Of a stretch of 64,000 bases of DNA, positions 56,263 to 64,000 are shown piece after piece. Each line of letters begins with the position of its first letter. The first letter of the stretch is position 1. The position numbers and the translations under genes were made by a program. The stretch is from an uncultured bacterium. GTDB taxonomy: Bacteria; Patescibacteriota; Minisyncoccia; Phycocordibacterales; DATDWN01. The notes below the pieces were generated by a model. It was not told where the DNA came from and ran no database searches. It saw only the letters and a list, made by a program, of their open reading frames with translations. Location of the stretch: the NCBI GenBank assembly GCA_903861205.1, contig CAIOTC010000020.1:39976-103975 (forward strand). The letters run 5' to 3'.

Positions 56263-56964
56263 ATGACACAGGAACATGCGTGGGATAGGGAATATAGAGA
56301 GTCGAAATTTTTGGTAAAAGAAAATAAGCCACAGGCCGATGTGGTGCGTTTTGTGAAGTGGCTGAAAAAAATTTCAGGACACCCGGTGTCTGGGAATCTT
56401 GACACCGGGTGTCCTGAAGTTCTGGATCTGGGTTCCGGGACTGGTCGCAACAGTTTTTATTTTACACAACTTGGCGCAAAAGTAACCAGTTTTGAAATTT
56501 CTGAAACGGCAATCGCCATAGCTAAAAATTTCGCCCTGGAAGCAGGTCTGAATATTTCGTACCAAAAGCAAAGCATCGGCGAAACGTTTCCGTGCGAGGA
56601 CAATTCGTTTGATGTTGTTTTGGATGTCACTTCTTCAAACTCGCTTTCCGAGGCTGAACGAGAAATTTATTTAATTGAAACACATCGTGTTTTAAAAGAA
56701 GATGGGTACTTTTTCGTCAAAGCGCTGTGCAAAGATGGCGACGATAATGCAAAATATCTTTTGAAAAATAATCCGGGCGCCGAGACAGACACCTACATTT
56801 TGCCGGAAACCGGAATCGTCGAGCGAGTTTGGAGCATGGCAGATTTCGTGGCCACGTACGAAAAATTTTTCACCATTTTGCATCTCGAAAAGAAAACCAG
56901 CTACACCACCATGGGAAACCGCATCTTCAAACGCAACTTTTGGATTTCTTATATGAAGAAGTAG
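56263..56964 (+). CDS. Class I SAM-dependent methyltransferase
   Basis: VLDLGSGTGRN, DNSFDVVLD and HRVLKEDG motifs; palindromic insertion just before motif I. Confidence 0.88.
   Translation: MTQEHAWDREYRESKFLVKENKPQADVVRFVKWLKKISGHPVSGNLDTGCPEVLDLGSGTGRNSFYFTQLGAKVTSFEISETAIAIAKNFALEAGLNISYQKQSIGETFPCEDNSFDVVLDVTSSNSLSEAEREIYLIETHRVLKEDGYFFVKALCKDGDDNAKYLLKNNPGAETDTYILPETGIVERVWSMADFVATYEKFFTILHLEKKTSYTTMGNRIFKRNFWISYMKK
56373..56418. repeat. In-frame palindromic insertion (GACAC-N3-GTGTC family)
   Basis: Perfect 18-bp arms TTCAGGACACCCGGTGTC / GACACCGGGTGTCCTGAA; encodes SGHPVSGNLDTGCPE. Confidence 0.88.
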
Positions 56965-57005
56965 TTTAGTCGACCGAGTATGTATTTTCTAGTATAATAA
57001 AATAT

Positions 57006-57632
57006 ATGTTTGAGAAATTTGAGATAAGTAAAAAAGAAAAAATTACGCAATTATGTAACGAAAGCAAAATTGAAGTAGTAAACGATTGTGCTGATCTAAC
57101 ACAATTTTCATTTAATGAAGTAATGAGTTTTTTTGATACGTTGACTAGTAATAATGATTTTCTTATACATGGAACAAATTCTAATGAAGTATACAGTTGT
57201 CTCGAAACGAGACAGGCACATTGTTTAGTTAAGGAATCTGGCAGAAAAAAGGCTGTATACGCTACTGAAATACCCAGGGTTGCATTATCTATTGCTGTAT
57301 TAAATCGTAGTTATCTGAAGAAAAAATTTGGTAACTACATCTTTGGGCACAGCGGAGACAACTTCAAACTTGTTTTTAAAGTACCCACAGAAATATACGA
57401 TTTATTTGTTGCGCATGATCCAAATCTTTTTACTGATGGATATGTATACATTCTGGATAGAGCAAACTTTGTAAATGCACCTGACGCTGGAAGCGAGTGG
57501 CATTCTGAATCAGACCAGGAACCACTTTTAGCGTGTAAAGTATCTAAAGTTTTAGCTGGGAGTATTTATATTATTTGTGAACCTAACAATACAGTAATAG
57601 AATTTGATTTTAAATCAAAATATGATATTTAA
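57006..57632 (+). CDS. Hypothetical protein
   Basis: 208-aa ORF; LIHGT..AVYAT..GYVY..EW.S pattern loosely reminiscent of ADP-ribosyltransferase-fold proteins (weak). Confidence 0.7.
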   Translation: MFEKFEISKKEKITQLCNESKIEVVNDCADLTQFSFNEVMSFFDTLTSNNDFLIHGTNSNEVYSCLETRQAHCLVKESGRKKAVYATEIPRVALSIAVLNRSYLKKKFGNYIFGHSGDNFKLVFKVPTEIYDLFVAHDPNLFTDGYVYILDRANFVNAPDAGSEWHSESDQEPLLACKVSKVLAGSIYIICEPNNTVIEFDFKSKYDI

Positions 57633-57675
57633 TTAGGTAATTCCTAAATTTATTATTTTTTGTTAAACTATAAGC

Positions 57676-58656
57676 ATGAACAAAAAGACACTTTTATCGG
57701 GAGTCAAGCCGACGGGGCGGCCACATATTGGGAATTATTTTGGAGCGATGAAGCAGTTTGTCGATATGCAAAACGACTATTCCTGCCTTTTCATGCTGGC
57801 GGATTATCACGCGCTCAACCTTATTCAAGACAAGACGGAGATGTCGAAACAGATTATGGATTTGACCATCGACTATCTGGCGCTAGGGCTCGATCCACAA
57901 AAAGCCATTATTTTCAAACAGTCAGATGTGCCGGAACACGCCGAACTGGCTTGGATTTTCGACTCCATCACGACCATGCCGTACCTGATGCGCGCTCACG
58001 CCTACAAAGATGCCGAGGCCAAAAACAAAGAAATTTCTGTCGGCACATTTAATTATCCGATGCTCATGGCGGCCGATATTTTGCTGTACGACACCGATGT
58101 GGTGCCGGTGGGGCAGGATCAAAAACAGCATGTCGAGTACGCCCGCGACACGGCCCAGAAATTCAACTTCATTTTTAAAAGTGATGTTTTTAAAATGCCG
58201 GAATCGAAAATTTTGGAAACCGTAGCAACCGTGCCCGGCACTGACGGACAAAAAATGTCAAAAAGCTACAACAACACCATCGAACTTTTTGCCACAGCAG
58301 ATGAAATCAAAAAAGCAGTCATGTCCATCCAGACCGACTCGAAGGGGATTGATGAACCTAAAAATCCGGACGAGGACAATGTCTTCAAATTACACAAACT
58401 TTTCTCGACGCAGGATGAACTTTTGGAACTTCGCTCACGATACGAAAAAGGCGGAATGGGACACAAAGAATCAAAAGAAATTTTGATCGCCAACATCGAA
58501 AAATTCATCGCTCCGCTCCGAGAAAAGCGCGCGCAGATTGCCTCGGACACCGACTACGTTCTAGACATTCTGCGTGAGGGCGGCAAACGCGCCAAACAAA
58601 AAGCTGAGAAAAAAATGGAACAGGTGAGGGAAGCGATTGGTGTGAAGTTGTATTAA
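57676..58656 (+). CDS. trpS: Tryptophanyl-tRNA synthetase
   Basis: SGVKPTGRPHIGN, YPMLMAADILLY, VPVGQDQ and KMSKS motifs. Confidence 0.97.
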   Translation: MNKKTLLSGVKPTGRPHIGNYFGAMKQFVDMQNDYSCLFMLADYHALNLIQDKTEMSKQIMDLTIDYLALGLDPQKAIIFKQSDVPEHAELAWIFDSITTMPYLMRAHAYKDAEAKNKEISVGTFNYPMLMAADILLYDTDVVPVGQDQKQHVEYARDTAQKFNFIFKSDVFKMPESKILETVATVPGTDGQKMSKSYNNTIELFATADEIKKAVMSIQTDSKGIDEPKNPDEDNVFKLHKLFSTQDELLELRSRYEKGGMGHKESKEILIANIEKFIAPLREKRAQIASDTDYVLDILREGGKRAKQKAEKKMEQVREAIGVKLY

Positions 58657-58661
58657 AATAT

Positions 58662-60440
58662 ATGGAGAAAACAGGTAAAAATGTAAAAATCTCACAAATA
58701 ATGAGAAAGTTTTGGGATGGAACAAAGTCGTCCAAGGGTTTGTTTTTCTTTGCGTACGTATCTTTTTTCTTTTCTGTCATTGTCAATATTTTTGTTCCAC
58801 TGTACTACAAAAAATTCTTCGATGTTTTAGGTTCTGCAACCGACAGAACGATTGTATTGACATCACTGGTGCATATCATACTTGTAATACTAGTTTTTCA
58901 TGCATTGAACTGGCTTCTTTGGCGTATAGGCATGTACATGTATAACTTGATGCAGTCCAGAATTATGGCACGATTGAAACAGAATTCGTTTGACTATATG
59001 ATGATGCATTCATACACATTCTTTGCAAATAGTTTTAGCGGAGGTCTAGTCCAAAAAGTTAATCGTTTTAGTCGAGCATTTGAATCTCTGACTGACAGCG
59101 TGGCATTCAATATTATGCCGCTTATAGTTACGATTATTGCGTCTGTGGCCATCACATATTTTATTGCGCCGATAGTTTCTATCATTATGATTGGTTGGAT
59201 TGTTGTATTTTCAACATTCAATTTCACATTTTCCAGATGGAAATTGAAATACGATCTGGCTTCGGCAGAAGCGGATTCAAAAACTTCAGGGTATCTCGCC
59301 GACGCCATCACAAACAATAATGCAATCTCGTTTTTTACCGGTCACAAATATGAATCTGGTGAATTTAAAAATGTTTCCAACGACCAGGCGAAGAAAACAA
59401 GGTTTACGTGGCAACTAGGCGAAGTGGTTGACGCGACTCAGGCATTACTCATTCTCATTGTTGAATTTCTGATATTTTATTACGCAATCAAATATTGGAG
59501 CCGCGGACTTATCACCATAGGTACATTTGTGCTTGCCCAAACATACATTATCGGACTGGCTCAACAGTTGTGGGGCTTGAATAGGGTTATTCGCAGTGTA
59601 TATCAAAGTATTGCCGATTCGAAAGAAATGGTGGAAATACTCGTTAAACCTTACGACATTAAAGATATTCCTTCGGCTCAATATATGCTCGTTTCCAGGG
59701 GGGAGATTGAATTTAAAAATGTGTCATTTAATTTTAACGAAACGCGCCAAGTTTTAAAGAATATCAATATAAAAATTCAGCCCGGAGAAAAAATTGCCAT
59801 TATCGGACCATCTGGAGCTGGCAAAACAACATTCGTTCGACTGATAATGCGACTGTATGACGTTACCGAGGGTTCTATTTGCATAAACGGTCAGGATATT
59901 AAAAACGCAACACAAGATAGCCTGCGTGAACAAATCAGTTTGGTTCCGCAAGATCCGTTATTATTTCATAGGACGCTCATGGAAAATATTAGATACGGAC
60001 GCCGCGATGCAACAGATGGGGAAGTAAAAGAAGCCGCAAGGCTGGCACACTGCGATGAATTTATTGATACTTTGCCACTGAAATACGAGACATTTGTGGG
60101 AGAGAGAGGAATCAAACTGTCGGGAGGTGAACGTCAGCGTGTGGCTATTGCGCGAGCAATCTTGAAAAGAGCACCAATACTTATTCTGGATGAAGCCACA
60201 TCAAGTCTCGACTCCCATTCGGAATCGCTTATTCAGGATGCGCTTGATACGCTCATGCGAGATTGCACAACTATTGTAGTTGCCCATAGACTTTCAACGA
60301 TCAAAAAAATGGATCGCATTATTGGCATGGAGAATGGGCAGATTGTTGAACAAGGAAATCATGAGGAACTCTCAAATAAAGAGGGTGGTTTGTACAAGAA
60401 ATTATGGAATTTGCAGATCAGTGGGTTCATCAAAGAATAA
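58662..60440 (+). CDS. ABC exporter, fused TMD and NBD
   Basis: GPSGAGKT, LSGGERQR and LDEATSSLD motifs; six-TM N-terminus. Confidence 0.93.
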   Translation: MEKTGKNVKISQIMRKFWDGTKSSKGLFFFAYVSFFFSVIVNIFVPLYYKKFFDVLGSATDRTIVLTSLVHIILVILVFHALNWLLWRIGMYMYNLMQSRIMARLKQNSFDYMMMHSYTFFANSFSGGLVQKVNRFSRAFESLTDSVAFNIMPLIVTIIASVAITYFIAPIVSIIMIGWIVVFSTFNFTFSRWKLKYDLASAEADSKTSGYLADAITNNNAISFFTGHKYESGEFKNVSNDQAKKTRFTWQLGEVVDATQALLILIVEFLIFYYAIKYWSRGLITIGTFVLAQTYIIGLAQQLWGLNRVIRSVYQSIADSKEMVEILVKPYDIKDIPSAQYMLVSRGEIEFKNVSFNFNETRQVLKNINIKIQPGEKIAIIGPSGAGKTTFVRLIMRLYDVTEGSICINGQDIKNATQDSLREQISLVPQDPLLFHRTLMENIRYGRRDATDGEVKEAARLAHCDEFIDTLPLKYETFVGERGIKLSGGERQRVAIARAILKRAPILILDEATSSLDSHSESLIQDALDTLMRDCTTIVVAHRLSTIKKMDRIIGMENGQIVEQGNHEELSNKEGGLYKKLWNLQISGFIKE

Positions 60441-60461
60441 TAATCTGGTATTATTATCCCT

Positions 60462-60806
60462 ATGAACATCAAAATTGTTGAAAATAATATTACAGTTGAC
60501 GAGCTGAAAAAACTGGCGGAGGTTTTTTATGTGAATATGATAAAGGGCGTGGTTGACATTCAGAGAGAAATCATCGCTTTTGGCGGAGAATATCATGTCG
60601 ATGCCAATATGGTTTTGATGGAAAATGGATCGGAGCAGAAAGATGTTTGGGGGTTTAACATAAATTTTGATGAACCAAAAGATTCCTGGGTAGAATATAA
60701 TTCTCTTATAAATATACGACCGGCAGTGGGAAACAGAAAAATGGAAGTACAAGATGAAAATATTCGAAAAAAAATGAAAAAAATTATTAATTCAAAAATA
60801 ATATGA
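60462..60806 (+). CDS. DUF5674-like protein
   Basis: IKGVVDI, GGEYHVDA, GSEQKDVWGFN and SLINIRP motifs. Confidence 0.75.
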   Translation: MNIKIVENNITVDELKKLAEVFYVNMIKGVVDIQREIIAFGGEYHVDANMVLMENGSEQKDVWGFNINFDEPKDSWVEYNSLINIRPAVGNRKMEVQDENIRKKMKKIINSKII

Positions 60807-61096
60807 AAACAACACGAACATCTCTTTTTCTCATGGCAAATTTGGGACCGGAAGTCGCCAGAGTTTTATCAGCCAAAGAAAAAAATAAAGCAGATTTGCT
60901 TGGAAGTGCTGTGGATAGAGCAAGAAACATTATTGCAGAATTAAAAAAATTACCTGATACAAAAAATAATACCGAGATCGATATACTTGATGATGTAGTA
61001 AATGATCTTGGAAAAAAAAACAGCATATATGAAATTTCTTCAGAAGAATTTACATCATATTTTTTACCTTTTGCAATGAGACTAACACGAGTTTAA
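60803..61096 (+). CDS. Hypothetical helical protein
   Basis: MANLGPEVAR...YFLPFA; overlaps the upstream stop codon. Confidence 0.7.
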   Translation: MKTTRTSLFLMANLGPEVARVLSAKEKNKADLLGSAVDRARNIIAELKKLPDTKNNTEIDILDDVVNDLGKKNSIYEISSEEFTSYFLPFAMRLTRV

Positions 61097-61118
61097 AAAA
61101 TATGGTAGTATAAATCTC

Positions 61119-62516
61119 ATGAAAAGGACTTATATCAAAGATTTGAACGAGTTGACCAGCCAGGAGGTGACGATCAAGGGTTGGGTTAATGTTCGGCGTG
61201 ATCAGGGCAAGATGGTTTTCATGGACATGCGCGACATGACCGGACTGGTGCAGTGTGTTGTTTTGCCGGGTAGCGAGGCGATTGAAACAGCCAAGGAGAT
61301 GCGGACCGAGTGGGTTTTGGCGGTTAGTGGTGTTGTGAACAAACGCCCGGAAAAAAATATCAAAGCCGGAGCGCAGAACGGCGACATTGAGTTGGAAGTC
61401 AAAAATATCGAGGTCCTGAACAAAGCGGAAGTTTTGCCTTTTGATATCTCGACAGACACCAAAGGTGTTGGCGAAGACATGCGGCTGAAATATCGATACT
61501 TGGATTTACGCTCCGACAGAATGCAAAAAAACATCCGCGCTCGCGACAAAATAATTTCTTTTTTCCGCGACTACATGCATCAAAATGATTTTGTGGAAAT
61601 TGAAACGCCAATCATGATGAAGGGCACGCCGGAAGGTTCGCGTGAATATGTGGTGCCATCGCGACTTTATCAGGGTAAGTTTTATGTTTTGCCACAGTCG
61701 CCACAGCAATTTAAACAGCTTTCCATGGTAGCCGGCTTCGAAAAATATTTTCAAATTGCGCGATGTATGCGCGACGAGGATAGCCGTGGAGATCGCCAGC
61801 CGGAATTCACCCAGCTGGATTACGAGATGTCCTTTGTCGAACAGGAAGATGTTTTGGAATATACGGAAAAAATGTTTATTGAGCTTGTCCAAACACTGTA
61901 CCCAAACAAAAAAATCACCACGGTTCCTTTTCCGAGATTTACGTTTGCCGAGACGATGGAAAAGTATGGCATGGACAAGCCGGATTTGCGTCAGGATAAA
62001 AATAATCCAGACGAGCTGGCTTTTGCCTGGATTACCGATTTTCCGATGTTCGAGAAAAAAGATGACGGCACCATCGCCGCGGCACACCACCCATTTTGCT
62101 CTATAAAACCGGAAGACAAAGAAAAATTTATGAAAGGCGAGGATTTATTTAGCATAAGAGCCAATTCATACGATCTGGTGCTCAATGGATTCGAGCTATC
62201 ATCCGGCTCGATCAGAATCCACGATCGCGCCGAACAAAAACAAGTATTCAAACTGCTGAATATTTCGGAGGAGGAACAGCAGAAAAAATTTGGTCATATG
62301 CTCGAGGCTTTCACTTATGGCGCGCCTCCGCACGGCGGATTTGCTCCTGGTATTGATCGTACTGTTATGCTTCTTCAAAATGAACCAAACATTCGAGAAG
62401 TCATTGCGTATCCAAAAACTGGCGAGGGTAAAGACCTAATGATGGGCGCGCCAAGCGAGATTTCAGATACGCAACTGCGTGAACTCGGTTTGACTCTGAA
62501 CATTAAGAAAAAATAA
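61119..62516 (+). CDS. aspS: Aspartyl-tRNA synthetase (short, no GAD domain)
   Basis: RLKYRYLDLR, TPEGSREY, LPQSPQQFKQ, RQPEFTQLD, HHPF, GSIRIH and YGAPPHGG motifs. Confidence 0.95.
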   Translation: MKRTYIKDLNELTSQEVTIKGWVNVRRDQGKMVFMDMRDMTGLVQCVVLPGSEAIETAKEMRTEWVLAVSGVVNKRPEKNIKAGAQNGDIELEVKNIEVLNKAEVLPFDISTDTKGVGEDMRLKYRYLDLRSDRMQKNIRARDKIISFFRDYMHQNDFVEIETPIMMKGTPEGSREYVVPSRLYQGKFYVLPQSPQQFKQLSMVAGFEKYFQIARCMRDEDSRGDRQPEFTQLDYEMSFVEQEDVLEYTEKMFIELVQTLYPNKKITTVPFPRFTFAETMEKYGMDKPDLRQDKNNPDELAFAWITDFPMFEKKDDGTIAAAHHPFCSIKPEDKEKFMKGEDLFSIRANSYDLVLNGFELSSGSIRIHDRAEQKQVFKLLNISEEEQQKKFGHMLEAFTYGAPPHGGFAPGIDRTVMLLQNEPNIREVIAYPKTGEGKDLMMGAPSEISDTQLRELGLTLNIKKK

Positions 62517-62706
62517 CCCTGTGATATAGACCTGAGGTCTAAAGTTTGCAAAGCAAACTTATATCACAGTGTAAAAAAAGCCCGCGCATGCCGTCCCAGC
62601 ACGCGCGGGTAAAAGGAGCAAACACGCAACAGACCTTATTAAATAATACTCTTATTTTGTTTTTTTGCAACCGCCTGTGGACAACCGGATCTGATATAAT
62701 AGTGCT

Positions 62707-63453
62707 ATGGATTCCGAGTTTAACGTTAAAACGGGGGTTTTTGAAGGGCCGCTGGACACGCTGCTTTCGCTTATCGAGAAGCGTAAACTTTTCATAAACG
62801 ACATATCGCTGGCCCAGGTGGCTGACGACTATATTTCATACGTCAAAAATTTGGAGAATTTCCCGATCGCCGACAGCGCGCATTTCATTTTGATTGCTTC
62901 GACGCTTGTTTTGATCAAATCGAAATCGCTTTTGCCAAACCTTTCGCTTTCGGAGGAGGAACAACAAAGTATCGAGGATTTGGAAACACGGCTTTCAGAA
63001 TACAAAAAATACAAAGCACTTGCCGTCCATTTGCGTGAGCGATTTGGCATTCACGTATCGTATTTGCGCTTGCCGTCCAAAGAAAAGCAAATCGTTTTTG
63101 CACCGGACAAACAAACTACGCAATCAAGGATTTTTGAAATTATCAAAGAAGTCATTTTAAACATGCCGAAAAAGGAGGTTGTGGCCAAAGCTGTTGTCCA
63201 AAAAGTAATCAGTCTGGAGGAAACGATTGAGAACTTGACCCGACGCATCACATCAAGCCTCAAAATGAGCTTCAAAGATTTTTCCAGTCACGCAGGTGGA
63301 GGAGCCGGAACAAAAGAAAACAAGATTAATGTTATCGTCAGTTTTCTGGCCATGCTAGAACTGGTTAAACAGGGAATTATCCAAGTGCGACAGGACAAAT
63401 ATTTTCAAGACATAGAGATGGAGAATCAATATCTCGGAGTACCAAAATATTAA
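62707..63453 (+). CDS. scpA: Segregation and condensation protein A
   Basis: FEGPLDTLLSLI, IKSKSLLP and FLAMLELVK motifs. Confidence 0.93.
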   Translation: MDSEFNVKTGVFEGPLDTLLSLIEKRKLFINDISLAQVADDYISYVKNLENFPIADSAHFILIASTLVLIKSKSLLPNLSLSEEEQQSIEDLETRLSEYKKYKALAVHLRERFGIHVSYLRLPSKEKQIVFAPDKQTTQSRIFEIIKEVILNMPKKEVVAKAVVQKVISLEETIENLTRRITSSLKMSFKDFSSHAGGGAGTKENKINVIVSFLAMLELVKQGIIQVRQDKYFQDIEMENQYLGVPKY

Positions 63454-63454
63454 A

Positions 63455-64000
63455 ATGCAAAAATCTAAAACACAAATCGCCAAGGAAATTCATGCCGTAC
63501 TTTTTTATTTGGCCGAACCGGTTTCTTTTTCTTACTTAGCCAAAATTTTGGAAGCGAATGAAAATGAGATCCGCGAATGTGTGGAAAACCTTTCTGAATT
63601 TTTGAAAGACAGTGGAATGTGCCTTGTCGAGCATGACGGCGAAATTGCCTTGACCACGGCGCCGGAAATGGCGGAAATTGTGGAAAAAGTGGTAAAGGAC
63701 GAGCGCGAACGCGACCTTGGTCGGGCCAGCATCGAAACGCTCTCCATCATCGCCTACAAAGGTCCGGTCAGCCGCAAGGAAATCGAGTACATTCGCGGCG
63801 TCAACTGCCAGTTCGCCCTCCGGACGCTCCTTTTGCGCGGACTGGTCGAGAAGAAAAACAAGGAAGGGGACGAGAGATCATTTGTTTACAACATCACCAT
63901 GGACGCGCTCTTGCACCTGGGTATAAAAAACATTTGCGACTTGCCGGAATATGATAATATGAAGAAACAGTTGGAGGTAGTGGAAGAGGAGGAAATTTAT
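63455..64000 (+). CDS. scpB: Segregation and condensation protein B (runs off the window end)
   Basis: Translated by hand: ...RASIETLSIIAYKGPVSRKEIEYIRGVNC...LLLRGLV; follows scpA. Confidence 0.9.
   Translation, partial: MQKSKTQIAKEIHAVLFYLAEPVSFSYLAKILEANENEIRECVENLSEFLKDSGMCLVEHDGEIALTTAPEMAEIVEKVVKDERERDLGRASIETLSIIAYKGPVSRKEIEYIRGVNCQFALRTLLLRGLVEKKNKEGDERSFVYNITMDALLHLGIKNICDLPEYDNMKKQLEVVEEEEIY

Noticed and set aside
1-64000. CRISPR array, prophage or IS transposase
   Set aside because: No regularly spaced repeats and no cas, phage structural, integrase or transposase genes recognised.

Overview
Bacterial chromosomal segment whose gene content and style suggest a Patescibacteria/CPR (Parcubacteria-like) genome; this is an inference. 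Core genes: mreC-pbp2, greA, lysS, mraZ-rsmH-ftsL-like-ftsI-murF, a VirD4/HerA-like ATPase, yqeY, rmuC, uvrB/uvrA/uvrC, ddl, mltG, plsC, trpS, aspS, scpA and partial scpB, plus tRNA-Glu(CTC) and tRNA-Ala(TGC). An accessory block (about 28.8-57.6 kb) encodes large secreted Ig-fold and lipase-like proteins. Highlights: (1) a compact RiPP-like cluster with a radical SAM/SPASM enzyme fused to an RRE-like C-terminus, a 50-aa Cys-rich precursor missing from the ORF track (34950-35102, -) and a gluzincin peptidase; (2) an about 600-nt highly structured non-coding RNA candidate (10492-11090, -), plus three further promoter-RNA-terminator units, two of them in tandem with duplicated promoters; (3) palindromic repeat families present both between genes and in frame inside proteins, concentrated in uvrABC; (4) two inverted modular paralogues that share a conserved, structured 5' leader. 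All calls come from reading the sequence; no searches were run.
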